Below, piece by piece: positions 39,038 to 51,016 of a stretch of DNA of 64,000 bases (position 1 is its first letter; the number at the start of each line of letters is the position of its first letter). The stretch covers positions 1,408,001-1,472,000 of the forward strand of contig CBDEGZ010000003.1 of the NCBI GenBank assembly GCA_965238175.1. The letters are read 5' to 3'. A program made the position numbers and the translations under genes. Under the pieces are notes generated by a model. The model was not told the origin of the DNA and ran no database searches. It saw nothing but the letters and a program-made list of their open reading frames with translations. Source of the DNA: Gammaproteobacteria bacterium (GTDB lineage: Bacteria; Pseudomonadota; Gammaproteobacteria; CAJXQU01).

Positions 39038-39073
39038 CAGCACCAAGCAAAAATTTCTACGGAGAATTAAACA

Positions 39074-40990
39074 ATGGGTAAAATTATTGGAATCGATCTG
39101 GGTACAACCAACTCCTGTGTAGCAGTGCTGGATGGAGGTGTCCCAAAGGTTATAGAGAATAGTGAAGGTGGACGAACCACACCTTCAATTATCGCTTACA
39201 CAGACGATGGTGAAGTATTAGTTGGCCAATCTGCTAAACGACAAGCGGTGACGAATCCAGACAATACTTTATTTGCGATCAAACGTTTGATTGGGCGAAA
39301 GTTTAAAGATGAAGTTGTACAGCGCGACATTAAAATGGTGCCTTACGATATTGTTGCCGCAGACAATGGTGATGCTTGGGTTGAAGCGCAAGGCGAAAAA
39401 ATGGCGCCGCCAGAAATCTCGGCGAAAGTACTGCAAAAAATGAAAAAAACGGCTGAAGATTATCTGGGTGAAACGGTGACAGAAGCCGTTGTCACTGTAC
39501 CCGCATACTTCAATGACTCACAGCGTCAGGCGACAAAAGATGCCGGTAAAATTGCAGGGCTTGATGTAAAACGAATCATTAATGAACCAACGGCAGCCGC
39601 GCTTGCTTTTGGTATGGATAAAAAAGAAGGCGACGCTACGATTGCAGTTTATGATTTGGGTGGAGGTACTTTCGACATTTCTATTATTGAAATTGCAGAT
39701 GTTGATGGCGAACATCAGTTTGAAGTATTGTCGACTAACGGAGATACTTTCCTTGGTGGTGAAGATTTTGATTCACGCGTGATCGAATTCTTGGCTGATG
39801 AATTCAAGAAAGATCAAGGAGTGGATTTACATAATGATCCACTTGCTTTACAACGTTTGAAAGAGGCGGCCGAGAAAGCCAAGATCGAATTGTCTTCCAG
39901 CCAGCAAACTGATGTGAATCTGCCGTATATCACCGCTGATGCAAGTGGTCCGAAACATCTTAATATTAAATTGACACGTGCGAAGCTTGAGTCACTTGTC
40001 GATGAACTGATCCAGCGAACTATCGAACCTTGTAAGATTGCGATTAAAGATGCAGGTATTTCCGCTTCGGAAATCACTGATGTTATCCTGGTTGGTGGCC
40101 AGAGCCGCATGCCGAAAGTACAAGAAGTTGTTGAGGAAATTTTTGGTAAAGAACCACGCAGAGACGTTAACCCTGATGAAGCCGTTGCAATGGGTGCAGC
40201 TATTCAAGGTGGTGTTTTGGGTGGCGATGTTAAAGACGTACTATTACTCGATGTAACGCCTTTGTCTTTAGGTATCGAAACCATGGGCGGTGTAATGACT
40301 AAATTGATCGAGAAAAACACTACGATTCCTACGAAAGCGAATCAGGTATTTTCAACTGCTGAAAATAATCAAACCGCAGTAACCGTTCATGTGCTTCAAG
40401 GTGAGCGTGAAATGGCAGGTGGTAATAAGTCACTCGGTCGATTTGATCTGTCGGATATCCCACCAGCACAACGGGGTGTTCCACAAATTGAAGTCACCTT
40501 TGATATTGATGCAAATGGTATCCTGAATGTGTCGGCAAAAGATAAGGCGACGAATAAAGAGCAATCAATTGTCATCAAGGCGTCAAGTGGATTGTCAGAT
40601 GAAGAAGTGGAACAAATGATTAAAGATGCTGAAGCGCATGCTGAAGAAGACAAGCAGCTTCATGAGCTAGTCACAGTAAGAAATACCGCTGAGCAGATCA
40701 TTCATGCGACTGAAAAAGCGCTCGACGATCTAGGTGATAAAGTAGAAGAAGCCGAAAAAACTGAGATCGAAGCGGCGGTTGAATCTTTAAAAGAAGCCAT
40801 TAAGGGTGATGATAAAGATGATATTGAAGCGAAGACTCAAACTTTGGCTGAGTTATCTGGCAAGATCGCTGAACGTGCTTATGCAGAAAATGCAGAAGGT
40901 CAGGCAGAAGATGTTCCTCCGTCAGAAAATGCAAGCGATGACGATATCGTCGATGCTGATTTCGAGGAAGTGAAGGACAACGATAAGTAA
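39074..40990 (+). CDS. dnaK: Chaperone DnaK
   Basis: [25 protein letters not shown]. Confidence 0.99.
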   Translation: MGKIIGIDLGTTNSCVAVLDGGVPKVIENSEGGRTTPSIIAYTDDGEVLVGQSAKRQAVTNPDNTLFAIKRLIGRKFKDEVVQRDIKMVPYDIVAADNGDAWVEAQGEKMAPPEISAKVLQKMKKTAEDYLGETVTEAVVTVPAYFNDSQRQATKDAGKIAGLDVKRIINEPTAAALAFGMDKKEGDATIAVYDLGGGTFDISIIEIADVDGEHQFEVLSTNGDTFLGGEDFDSRVIEFLADEFKKDQGVDLHNDPLALQRLKEAAEKAKIELSSSQQTDVNLPYITADASGPKHLNIKLTRAKLESLVDELIQRTIEPCKIAIKDAGISASEITDVILVGGQSRMPKVQEVVEEIFGKEPRRDVNPDEAVAMGAAIQGGVLGGDVKDVLLLDVTPLSLGIETMGGVMTKLIEKNTTIPTKANQVFSTAENNQTAVTVHVLQGEREMAGGNKSLGRFDLSDIPPAQRGVPQIEVTFDIDANGILNVSAKDKATNKEQSIVIKASSGLSDEEVEQMIKDAEAHAEEDKQLHELVTVRNTAEQIIHATEKALDDLGDKVEEAEKTEIEAAVESLKEAIKGDDKDDIEAKTQTLAELSGKIAERAYAENAEGQAEDVPPSENASDDDIVDADFEEVKDNDK

Positions 40991-41017
40991 TAACCAGAAA
41001 GTTAAAGTCTCTGGGTG

Positions 41018-41106
41018 GCCCGGACAGGTGAAGAATCTGTCCGGGCTGTGTTATATATAGACATCTCACTTTATGGCTGTTTAATTTCATAATGAGATGT
41101 CTATAT
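41018..41106. repeat. Two tandem intergenic hairpins between dnaK and dnaJ
   Basis: GCCCGGACAG/CTGTCCGGGC (41018-41046) and ATATAGACATCTCA/TGAGATGTCTATAT (41055-41106). Confidence 0.75.
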
Positions 41107-41126
41107 CTATATGGATCTAAAAAATT

Positions 41127-42266
41127 ATGGCAAAACGTGATTATTACGAAGTACTCGGCGTCAGTAAAAATGCAAGCGAATCGGAGTTAAAAAAGGCCTA
41201 TCGTAAATTAGCGATGAAGTATCATCCTGATCGAAATGCAGATGACCCAGAAAAAGCAGAAGAGAGTTTTAAGGAGGTAAAGGAAGCACACGAAATTCTT
41301 TCTGATCAGCAAAAAAGAGCTGCTTATGATCAATTTGGTCATGCGGGTGTTGATAACTCAATGGGGGGTGGTGGCCACAGTGCTGGGGCGGGTAATTTTG
41401 AGGATGTTTTCGGTTCTGTATTCGGAGATATTTTTGGTGGTGGATCACGTGGTGGTGGTGGACAAAGAGTCTACCGAGGTGCGGATCTCGCCTATGATTT
41501 AGATATGACTTTGGAAGATGCTGTTACTGGGAATACGGTACAGATCCGTGTGCCTACGCATAAATCATGTGGTACTTGTAGTGGCAGCGGTGCGAAAAAA
41601 GGTACTTCTGCAACAACATGTAATACCTGTCAGGGACACGGACAAGTGAGGATGTCACAAGGATTTTTCTCGGTACAACAAACATGTCCAGAATGTCATG
41701 GCAGTGGCACAGTGGTCAAAGAGCCTTGTGGTGATTGTAATGGGCAAGGCCGAGTTAGAGATAATAAAACCATTTCTGTAAAAGTGCCACCTGGTGTTGA
41801 TACAGGTGATCGGATCCGTCTTGGTGGTGAGGGAGAGGATGGAGAGAATGGTGGTCCTGCAGGTGATCTATACGTGAACGTTAGAGTTAAAGAACATGCG
41901 ATTTTCCAACGTGATGATGCTGATCTATTTTGCGAAGTTCCCATAGGTTTTGTGACAGCAGCACTCGGTGGAGAACTCGAAGTGCCTACTTTAAATGGTA
42001 AAGTGTCTTTGAAAATTCCTGCAGAGACTCAATCAGGAAAAGTATTTCGCTTGCGTGGAAAAGGCGTGAAAACAGTTCGTGGCAGCCAAACAGGTGATCT
42101 ATTATGCAAAGCAAATGTCGAAACACCGGTGAATCTTACCCAAGAGCAAAAAGAATTACTGCAACAACTTGAGGAATCTATGCAAGAAGGTGGCAAGCGC
42201 CATAGTCCTAAAGAGTCGTCATGGCTGGATGGTGTAAAGAGCTTCTTTGAAGACATGAAATTCTGA
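41127..42266 (+). CDS. dnaJ: Chaperone DnaJ
   Basis: HPD J-domain, G/F region, four CxxCxGxG. Confidence 0.99.
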   Translation: MAKRDYYEVLGVSKNASESELKKAYRKLAMKYHPDRNADDPEKAEESFKEVKEAHEILSDQQKRAAYDQFGHAGVDNSMGGGGHSAGAGNFEDVFGSVFGDIFGGGSRGGGGQRVYRGADLAYDLDMTLEDAVTGNTVQIRVPTHKSCGTCSGSGAKKGTSATTCNTCQGHGQVRMSQGFFSVQQTCPECHGSGTVVKEPCGDCNGQGRVRDNKTISVKVPPGVDTGDRIRLGGEGEDGENGGPAGDLYVNVRVKEHAIFQRDDADLFCEVPIGFVTAALGGELEVPTLNGKVSLKIPAETQSGKVFRLRGKGVKTVRGSQTGDLLCKANVETPVNLTQEQKELLQQLEESMQEGGKRHSPKESSWLDGVKSFFEDMKF

Positions 42267-42276
42267 TGGTAACTAG

Positions 42277-43098
<822 letters not shown>

Positions 43099-43275
43099 GG
43101 TATTTCAGGAGGATCTGAGGTTTCAGTTAAGCATTCCATTTATTTGTACTTAAGTGATTCACAGGGTTTCAAACAAAAGGGTATAATGTCTCTTTAAAGA
43201 TTTAGTAAATCTGTAGATTTTTTCCTTTCCATTAGCTTAGAAGATCTAAAGTTCCAGTATAAAAAGGTAGCGCGC

Positions 43276-44106
43276 TTGAACCCACATGCTTCACAATCTG
43301 TATCTCCGGTATCGTTAATATTAAACTTTTGGAGCCACCGGCAACTCATAAAGCAGATGGCCTGGAGAGAGGTAGTCGGGCGTTATAAGGGTTCAGTCAT
43401 GGGGCTATTGTGGTCATTTCTTAACCCCGTATTAATGCTGGCCGTTTATACATTTGTTTTCTCCGTTGTCTTTAAGGCAAGGTGGGGCGGTGATGGCGAT
43501 GAAAGTAAGTTGATGTTTGCGCTTCTGTTATTTGTTGGACTTACCATGCATGGGCTGTTGGCCGAGGTGCTTAATCGTGCTCCAAGCCTGATTTTGAGTA
43601 ATGTCAATTATGTCAAAAAAGTCGTTTTCCCGATAGAAATCCTACCTGTTGTTAGTTTTGTTTCGGCCTTGTTTCATACATCAATTAGTCTTGTTGTGTT
43701 ACTCATGGCGACATTTATTATCAATGGTTTTCTACATTGGACAGTTATTTTAATCCCGTTAATAATTATGCCATTGGCTATTCTTATTATTGGTTTTGCC
43801 TGGATACTAGCTTCTCTTGGTGTTTACATCAGAGATATTAATCTGACTATTGGTATTATAACGACAGTGATGTTGTTCCTCGCACCGGTTTTTTTTCCGA
43901 TCACCGCATTACCTGAAGCCTATCAGCCATACCTGTTAGCAAACCCATTGACGTTTATTATTATGCAGGCGCGTGAAGTCCTGATATGGGGCCATTTGCC
44001 TGACTGGGAAGGGTTAGCAATTTATTTTCTTATAGCGATAGTCGTGGCTTGGTCTGGTTATGTATGGTTCCAAAAAACCAGAAAAGGGTTTGCTGATGTC
44101 CTCTGA
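43276..44106 (+). CDS. wzm: Polysaccharide ABC transporter permease Wzm
   Basis: RYKGSVMGLLWSFLNP, YVKKVVFP, NPL, GFADVL. Confidence 0.93.
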   Translation: MNPHASQSVSPVSLILNFWSHRQLIKQMAWREVVGRYKGSVMGLLWSFLNPVLMLAVYTFVFSVVFKARWGGDGDESKLMFALLLFVGLTMHGLLAEVLNRAPSLILSNVNYVKKVVFPIEILPVVSFVSALFHTSISLVVLLMATFIINGFLHWTVILIPLIIMPLAILIIGFAWILASLGVYIRDINLTIGIITTVMLFLAPVFFPITALPEAYQPYLLANPLTFIIMQAREVLIWGHLPDWEGLAIYFLIAIVVAWSGYVWFQKTRKGFADVL

Positions 44107-45481
44107 AGATGTTGCAATCCGTGTTCAAAATCTTAGCAAACGCTTTCAGATCTACGATTCACCGCATGATCGGTTAAAACAATTTGTAGCACCTCGCGTA
44201 CAGAGAATGATTAGATCAACTCCAAAACAATACTTCCGAGAGTTTTGGGCACTAAAGGATATTTCATTCGATGTTCAGAAAGGCGAGACTATAGGCATTA
44301 TTGGTCGTAATGGCTCAGGTAAATCTACATTGCTACAGATCATCTGTGGTACGTTAGCGCCAACAAAAGGTAGTATAGAAACCAATGGTCGGATCGCGGC
44401 GTTACTAGAGCTAGGTTCTGGATTCAACCCTGAGTTTACGGGACGTGAAAATGTATACATGAACGCTGCTGTTCTAGGAATGCTCAAGGAAGAGGTTGAT
44501 GAATGTTATGAAGAGATTGTTGCCTTTGCCGATATTGGTCAGTTTATAGATCAGCCAGTTAAAACATACTCCAGTGGCATGATGGTTCGGCTTGCATTTG
44601 CTGTTGCTATAAATGTAAATCCTGAAATATTAATTGTAGACGAAGCCTTATCTGTGGGAGATGAACTCTTTCAACGTAAATGTTTCTCCCGTATCGAAGC
44701 TATCAAAAATAATGGAGCGACGATTTTATTTGTATCCCATTCTGGGGGGACGATTATTGAGCTGTGCGATCGTGCGGTGCTGATGGAGTCGGGTGAAAGA
44801 CTTGCAGCAGGAATTCCTAAGCAAATTGTAGGGCGTTATCAAAAGCTTCTTTATGCTCCTACGGATAAAAGTGAAGAAATTCGAGAACAAATTCGTAGGG
44901 CAGATGAATACGTTGAGGCTTCTATAAATTCTATAGAGAACATTTCAAATGGGGTGCAACCGGTCACAGAACAAACTCAAGAACTACAGGAAAGTTTTGA
45001 TCCTAGCCTTAAGCCGAGTAGTACGATTGAATATGAATCTCACGGGGCCTGTATACAGCAGCCCATGATATTGACGCTTACTGGAAAACAGGTCAATAAC
45101 CTGATTCGTGGTAGAGATTATCTCTATGGCTATAAAGTTAGATTTGATAGAGGTGCAAGCTGTGTTCAGTTTGGTATGCTAATAAAAACTGTTTCAGGAG
45201 TAGAGCTTGGGGGAGGGGTCTCGGCTATATCTCCAACTGAAAAACTACAGTATGTTAAAACAGGTACTGTTTATCATGTCGAGTTTCGTTTTCGGTGCAT
45301 GTTAAATTCAGGAATCTATTTTCTGAATGCAGGTGTTATGGGCGACATACATGAAACAGAAGGATATTTACACCGTTTGATCGATAGCGCTATGTTTAGA
45401 GTAATACCAGATGATCATTGTTATACGACTGCAATAGTAGATTTTGGCTGTTATCCAGAGATTCAGCTTGTTCAGGAATAA
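44096..45481 (+). CDS. wzt: Polysaccharide ABC ATPase Wzt with C-terminal carbohydrate-binding extension
   Basis: GRNGSGKST, YSSGM, DEALSVGD; ~150-aa C-terminal domain. Confidence 0.93.
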   Translation: MSSEDVAIRVQNLSKRFQIYDSPHDRLKQFVAPRVQRMIRSTPKQYFREFWALKDISFDVQKGETIGIIGRNGSGKSTLLQIICGTLAPTKGSIETNGRIAALLELGSGFNPEFTGRENVYMNAAVLGMLKEEVDECYEEIVAFADIGQFIDQPVKTYSSGMMVRLAFAVAINVNPEILIVDEALSVGDELFQRKCFSRIEAIKNNGATILFVSHSGGTIIELCDRAVLMESGERLAAGIPKQIVGRYQKLLYAPTDKSEEIREQIRRADEYVEASINSIENISNGVQPVTEQTQELQESFDPSLKPSSTIEYESHGACIQQPMILTLTGKQVNNLIRGRDYLYGYKVRFDRGASCVQFGMLIKTVSGVELGGGVSAISPTEKLQYVKTGTVYHVEFRFRCMLNSGIYFLNAGVMGDIHETEGYLHRLIDSAMFRVIPDDHCYTTAIVDFGCYPEIQLVQE

Positions 45482-45482
45482 C

Positions 45483-48400
45483 ATGAAAAAATCAGATGAA
45501 ACTAAAATTAAGAGCAGACTAATTGTTGTGCTTGGTATGCATCGAAGTGGAACAAGTCTCGTTACTAAGGGATTACAGGTGATGGGGGTAATTCTTGGTG
45601 AACAGCTATTGGTAGAAGCTTCCGATAATGAAAAGGGGTTCTGGGAAGATCGTGATGTACTTGCTTTAAACTCTGAGATTTTAGGTGCTCTCTCTAAGCT
45701 TGACTGGCATAGTCTTGTACCTGCTCCAATAGATAAACTTAGCGCAAAATCACTTTCATTATATCGATCTCGGGCAATTACATTTTTGCAGGAAAAGATG
45801 AAAGGGAAGTCGATTTTTGGAATCAAAGATCCTCGTTTATGCAGGTTGTTACCATTCTGGAAAGATGTATTTGAATTTCTGGAATTAGACGTTAGTTATG
45901 TTATATCAATTCGCAATCCAATAAGTGTTGCACACTCCCTTAAGAAACGTGATGGGTTTGAGTTTGAAAAAAGCTACTACCTTTGGTTGATTCACGTTGT
46001 TTCCAGCATGGTAGAATCTATGGGTAACCCAAGGGTTATTATTGATTATGATCTACTGATGGAACAACCAGAAGAACAACTACAGCAAATAGCAAAGATA
46101 TTAAATTTATCCTTTGAAGAGTCCTATCTTGACGAATATATTAACAAGTATATCACGGATCAAATGCGGCATACTCAGTTTCATGTCGATGATCTAAGTT
46201 CAATACCCGATCTGCCAGATGAGATAATAGAGGCATATACACTCTTAAATAGGGTGGCAAAAGGTCAAATATCTATTTCTTCAAAAGACGTATATGACAC
46301 TTTTAAAAAGTTGGAGCTTCGTATAGATGCTTTGTGCCCAGTTTTTAAATATGTAGAAAAAAAAGAGATTCAAATTATTTCCTCAAATCGGGAGGTTGGT
46401 AACCGCGATACAATTATTGCTAATTTAAATCGGGAGGTTGGTAACCGCGATACAATTATTGTCGATTTAAATCAGGAGGTTGGTAACCGCGATACAATTA
46501 TTGTCGATTTAAATCAGGAGGTTGGTAACCGCGATACAATTATTGCCAGTCTTAGCGAAGTTGTAAAAGGGCGTGATGAACAAATACAATCGATGCTCAG
46601 TTCTACAAGTTGGCGCATAACTGTGCCATTACGAGACATTAAGACTTTCTTTCTTCGATGTATGTCAGTAACAAGTCTGAAAAAGAGAAAACAGAACCCC
46701 GATTCTTTTTTTAAACGTAATATTAAAAGGACACATGTTGCACTTTCTTTGCTCTCTAATTTTCGAAGTTACTCTGGCGGTATTTTACCTGCTACCTACA
46801 AGGTACTAAGAGTATTAATACGTGAAGGATGGAGCGGGTTTGTAAAAAGGGTATTAATTCTGCAGGCTCAATCTGGAGTGTCCGTCGATCAAGCTCGACT
46901 ACATGAAGCTGAAGCTTATAAAAGTTATATTACTGCTATGGAGCCGCAAGAGAAAGACCTGGAAGCAATGGCTGTATCGGCTGCAAGCTTAGCTTACCGA
47001 CCGAAGTTTTCTATAGTAGTCCCAGTTTATAACGTCGAAGCAAAGTGGTTGACCCGTTTTATAGAATCGGTTCTTTCTCAAACTTATCAGGATTGGGAAT
47101 TGTGCATTGCTGATGACCATTCTACATTACCTCATGTGAAACCCCTTCTGGAAAGTTTTGCTGCTAGAGATTGCCGCATTAATTTGGTTTTCAGAGATAC
47201 AAATGGACATATTTCTGCTGCTACTAATTCTGCGCTTGAATTTGCGACTGGGGATTTCATGTGTTTGATGGACAATGATGATGAAATAGCGCCTGATGCT
47301 TTGTATGAGTTCGCGTCATTGCTCAATCGTGATAAGTCTATAGACATGATATATAGCGATGAAGATAAAATCGATATAGATGGTAATCGTTACGAGCCCT
47401 TTTTTAAACCGGATTGGTCGCCAGAAGCCTTGGAGGGTTGCATGTATACAGCGCATTTTGCATGCTATCGGATGAGTTTAGTTCGCAAAATTGGTGGGTT
47501 TCGCAGCGAGTTCAATGGTGCTCAAGATTATGATTTTGTATTACGATTTACTGAGCATGCCAAGAGGATAGTACATGTTCCGAAGATTCTATATCACTGG
47601 CGTGCTATTCCAGGATCAACTGCAGAATCAATGAATGCGAAAGATTATGTTCTCGATTCTGCAATACGTGCATTAACAGAGCGAGCAGAACGTGTATCAG
47701 GTGGAGGTGAGGCTAAGCTGGGCAAATACAGCGGAAGTTTTGATCTCCGATATAAAATTGATGGAGCTCCTCTTGTATCTATTGTCATTCCTTCAGCTGG
47801 AAGGATGGCGAATATTGGGGGAAAGGATGTTGATTTACTGGCTCAGGTTGTCAGTTCAATCTACAAGAATACGAGCTATCGGAATTTTGAGATTATTATT
47901 GTTGATAATAACGATTTACGACCGAGTACACTAAATGCAATAAAACCATATAATTGCCATTGCATACATTTTGATGGCCAGTTTAACATTGCTACCAAAA
48001 TGAATTTAGGTGCCAGGGAAGCTTGCGGAGAATACTTGTTGTTTATGAATGATGATATTGAGATCATTGCGCAGGACTGGATGGAATGTATGTTGCAATT
48101 ATGCCAACGTGAAGGTGTTGGCGCTGTTGGTGCCAAGCTGCTTTATGAGAATAATACATTACAGCATACAGGCGTCGCCTTTTGGGATGGGTTGCCAGAT
48201 CACATTTATCGTGCATATCCAGGCCAATATCCAGGTCATTTTTTTAGTACAGTAGCAAATCGTAACTATTTAGCCGTTACTGGAGCTGTGCTTATGACAA
48301 AACGTACGCTTTTTAATACAGTAGATGGTTTTGATGAACAGTTCGCTATAAATTATAATGATATTGATTATTGTCTAAAAGTTTTTAGGAAAGGTTTTCG

Positions 48401-48635
48401 TATTGTATATGCAGCCGGAGCTGAGCTATTTCATTATGAAAGTGTTTCGCGTGAAGCTGTGGTGGCAGCAGAGGAAATTGAACTTTTCCAACAGAAATGG
48501 AAAGATACAGTGTCGTATGACCCCTACTATAGTGATTTTTTCGATAATCATCCGCCGGTATTTTCATTGTGTCAAAAATGGGAATCTTTTTCGATTTTAG
48601 ATCCAGTAAAGTCTCCCGTAATTTCTCATTGCTGA
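45483..48635 (+). CDS. Sulfotransferase-like domain + coiled coil + two GT2 glycosyltransferase domains
   Basis: VLGMHRSGTS, KDPR, RNP; 14-aa repeats; FSIVVPVYN...DNDD, YSDEDK; VSIVIP...FMNDD. Confidence 0.88.
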   Translation: MKKSDETKIKSRLIVVLGMHRSGTSLVTKGLQVMGVILGEQLLVEASDNEKGFWEDRDVLALNSEILGALSKLDWHSLVPAPIDKLSAKSLSLYRSRAITFLQEKMKGKSIFGIKDPRLCRLLPFWKDVFEFLELDVSYVISIRNPISVAHSLKKRDGFEFEKSYYLWLIHVVSSMVESMGNPRVIIDYDLLMEQPEEQLQQIAKILNLSFEESYLDEYINKYITDQMRHTQFHVDDLSSIPDLPDEIIEAYTLLNRVAKGQISISSKDVYDTFKKLELRIDALCPVFKYVEKKEIQIISSNREVGNRDTIIANLNREVGNRDTIIVDLNQEVGNRDTIIVDLNQEVGNRDTIIASLSEVVKGRDEQIQSMLSSTSWRITVPLRDIKTFFLRCMSVTSLKKRKQNPDSFFKRNIKRTHVALSLLSNFRSYSGGILPATYKVLRVLIREGWSGFVKRVLILQAQSGVSVDQARLHEAEAYKSYITAMEPQEKDLEAMAVSAASLAYRPKFSIVVPVYNVEAKWLTRFIESVLSQTYQDWELCIADDHSTLPHVKPLLESFAARDCRINLVFRDTNGHISAATNSALEFATGDFMCLMDNDDEIAPDALYEFASLLNRDKSIDMIYSDEDKIDIDGNRYEPFFKPDWSPEALEGCMYTAHFACYRMSLVRKIGGFRSEFNGAQDYDFVLRFTEHAKRIVHVPKILYHWRAIPGSTAESMNAKDYVLDSAIRALTERAERVSGGGEAKLGKYSGSFDLRYKIDGAPLVSIVIPSAGRMANIGGKDVDLLAQVVSSIYKNTSYRNFEIIIVDNNDLRPSTLNAIKPYNCHCIHFDGQFNIATKMNLGAREACGEYLLFMNDDIEIIAQDWMECMLQLCQREGVGAVGAKLLYENNTLQHTGVAFWDGLPDHIYRAYPGQYPGHFFSTVANRNYLAVTGAVLMTKRTLFNTVDGFDEQFAINYNDIDYCLKVFRKGFRIVYAAGAELFHYESVSREAVVAAEEIELFQQKWKDTVSYDPYYSDFFDNHPPVFSLCQKWESFSILDPVKSPVISHC
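46385..46552 (+). repeat. In-frame 42-bp tandem repeat x4 (N[RQ]EVGNRDTIIxxL)
   Basis: AAATCRGGAGGTTGGTAACCGCGATACAATTATTG units begin at 46385, 46427, 46469, 46511. Confidence 0.95.
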
Positions 48636-48669
48636 TTTACGAAGTCATCAATTTTAAAGAGGCAGAGAT

Positions 48670-49014
48670 ATGAAAACGGCGTTAGAAACAGAGTTTCCTA
48701 AGAATTTCGATGCGGAATATTATTTGTCTTGCTACCCTGATGTAGAAGCTGCTGTATTGGATGGAATTTTCGAATCTGCTTCCGAGCACTGGCTCTTTGG
48801 GCATCGTGAAGGTCGGATATTCGCATCACCAACTATTTCCGAGATGCCAGAGAGAATCGGGAAATACTGCATCGGCGAAATTGGCCGAATGGTGAACGAC
48901 ATGTTTTATTTAGTTAATCAGGAGCAACGCGCTGTAAATGCCGAAGCGGGCCAACAGCTAGTCGTTCCAGAGTTAATAACCCTAGATGCCCGCTTTAAAC
49001 TTAAGAAGCCGTAA
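48670..49014 (+). CDS. Hypothetical protein with FDAEYYL..YPDV...EH..G.REGR motif typical of glycan-locus proteins
   Basis: Motif recognition; possibly a fragment. Confidence 0.5.
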   Translation: MKTALETEFPKNFDAEYYLSCYPDVEAAVLDGIFESASEHWLFGHREGRIFASPTISEMPERIGKYCIGEIGRMVNDMFYLVNQEQRAVNAEAGQQLVVPELITLDARFKLKKP

Positions 49015-49167
49015 TCTGTTTTGGTTAAGAGATGGTTATGCGGAAGAATTTTATTCCGTTTTACCTTCGTAATTATTAACGCTGCTCACTAACAATATAA
49101 TTAAGATATTTTCTGACAAGACATTCTCATCAACCTAAAAAAAACAGCTTATAAGGCACAGTTAAAA

Positions 49168-49935
49168 ATGAAAGCAATTATATTAGCCGGGGGATTAGGC
49201 TCTCGAATCAGTGAAGAATCTCACCTTCGCCCCAAGCCTATGATTGAGATCGGGGGTAAACCGATTCTTTGGCATATCATGAAAATGTATTCTTATTATG
49301 GAATTAATGATTTTGTGGTCTGTCTTGGGTACAAGGGTTATGTAATAAAAGAATATTTCTCAAACTATTTTTTACATATGTCAGATGTAACGTTTTGCAT
49401 GGGTGAAAACAAAATGGAGATCCATCAAAAATTTGTTGAACCATGGAATATAACGCTTATTGATACTGGTGAAAGCACAATGACTGGAGGTCGCCTCAAA
49501 CGTGTAGCACCTTATATCGCAAATGAAACATTTTGTTTTACTTATGGTGATGGTGTTTCGGATATTAATATTTCAGAATTAATCGAGTTCCATAAGTCAT
49601 CAGGTCGAGATGCAACAGTGACTGCGATCCAACCTCCAGGGCGTTATGGCGCATTACATATTGATGACGGAATTGTTCGTGATTTTCAGGAAAAACCGGA
49701 AGGTGATGGCGCTTGGATAAATGGTGGTTTTTTTGTCTTGGAACCCAGTGTCTTTGATTATATTGAAGACGATGAAACTATTTGGGAGCAACAACCTCTG
49801 CAAGAGTTGGTTGTTAAGGGACAACTTTCAGCGTATAGGCATCAAGGTTTTTGGCAGGCGATGGATACCTTACGAGAGAAAAACCATCTCGAAGATCTTT
49901 GGTCGACGGGTAAAGCACCTTGGAAGAAGTGGTGA
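49168..49935 (+). CDS. rfbF: Glucose-1-phosphate cytidylyltransferase
   Basis: [36 protein letters not shown]. Confidence 0.95.
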   Translation: MKAIILAGGLGSRISEESHLRPKPMIEIGGKPILWHIMKMYSYYGINDFVVCLGYKGYVIKEYFSNYFLHMSDVTFCMGENKMEIHQKFVEPWNITLIDTGESTMTGGRLKRVAPYIANETFCFTYGDGVSDINISELIEFHKSSGRDATVTAIQPPGRYGALHIDDGIVRDFQEKPEGDGAWINGGFFVLEPSVFDYIEDDETIWEQQPLQELVVKGQLSAYRHQGFWQAMDTLREKNHLEDLWSTGKAPWKKW

Positions 49936-49937
49936 AA

Positions 49938-51014
49938 ATGTTTGGTAACGTGTATAAAAACCGTCGAGTTTTAGTGACAGGACATACAGGTTTTAAAGGA
50001 AGCTGGCTGGTTCTTTGGTTGAAATTGATGGGTGCTAAAGTATCGACAATTTCATTGCCTTCAGAGACTTCACCCAATCATTGGGATCTGTTAGATCTTG
50101 ATATCGAGTCAACTAACATCGATATCCGAGATGCAAATTTGCTTCGTCAAAAGGTTGCCGAATTTGAGCCAGAAATAGTTTTTCACTTGGCAGCACAATC
50201 ACTAGTTCGCTGTTCTTACCGAGCTCCCCTAGAGACTTGGGCAACGAATGTAATGGGTACAGCGAACCTGCTTGATGCTTGTCGGGATCTTGAAGAGTTA
50301 ACGGCTATTGTTATTGTCACCACTGACAAATGTTATGAAAATAAGGAATGGGTTTGGGGCTATCGAGAAATTGATTCTTTAGGTGGTCATGATCCGTACA
50401 GCGCCTCCAAAGGTGGTAGTGAATTGGTGGCAGCTAGTTATAGAAGTTCTTTTTTTAATGAACCTTCAAGTCCACTGCTGGCTACTGCGCGTGCAGGAAA
50501 TGTGATCGGTGGTGGTGACTGGTCAGAAGATAGACTGATACCTGATTTGGTTCGTAGCATAATGGCGGGCAAGCCATTGGAAATTCGTTCCCCAAGTTCA
50601 ACACGACCCTGGCAACATGTCCTGGAATGCCTTTCTGGATATCTTGTTTTAGGACAACAATTATTAAAACGAAATATATTTTGCGCAGATGCTTGGAATT
50701 TTGGTCCCGATCGAGAAGGAAACCGGCAAGTAGAACAAGTGCTCACCGCATTAAAAACTGATTGGCCTGCGATGGAATGGTATTGCAATGGTATACCTCA
50801 ACTACACGAAGCTCAGTTGTTGCATCTAGATAGCAGCAAGGCTCGCGATAAATTATTATGGCGGCCAGTCTGGACTTTCGAGGAAGGTGTTACAGCAACT
50901 GCAGAATGGTATCGAGCATGGATTGAAAGTAGGGATGTGATTAGCCTTAATCAATTGCAGCGGTATATTAATCTTGCTAAAGAACAAGAGATTTCCTGGG
51001 CAAAAGAGCTGTAG
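49938..51014 (+). CDS. rfbG: CDP-glucose 4,6-dehydratase
   Basis: TGHTGFKGSWL, TTDKCY, DPYSASK, RAGNVIGGGDW, RPWQHVLE. Confidence 0.95.
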   Translation: MFGNVYKNRRVLVTGHTGFKGSWLVLWLKLMGAKVSTISLPSETSPNHWDLLDLDIESTNIDIRDANLLRQKVAEFEPEIVFHLAAQSLVRCSYRAPLETWATNVMGTANLLDACRDLEELTAIVIVTTDKCYENKEWVWGYREIDSLGGHDPYSASKGGSELVAASYRSSFFNEPSSPLLATARAGNVIGGGDWSEDRLIPDLVRSIMAGKPLEIRSPSSTRPWQHVLECLSGYLVLGQQLLKRNIFCADAWNFGPDREGNRQVEQVLTALKTDWPAMEWYCNGIPQLHEAQLLHLDSSKARDKLLWRPVWTFEEGVTATAEWYRAWIESRDVISLNQLQRYINLAKEQEISWAKEL

Positions 51015-51016
51015 TT

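Noticed and set aside
46385-46552. CRISPR array
   Set aside because: Contiguous in-frame repeats with no unique spacers and no cas genes
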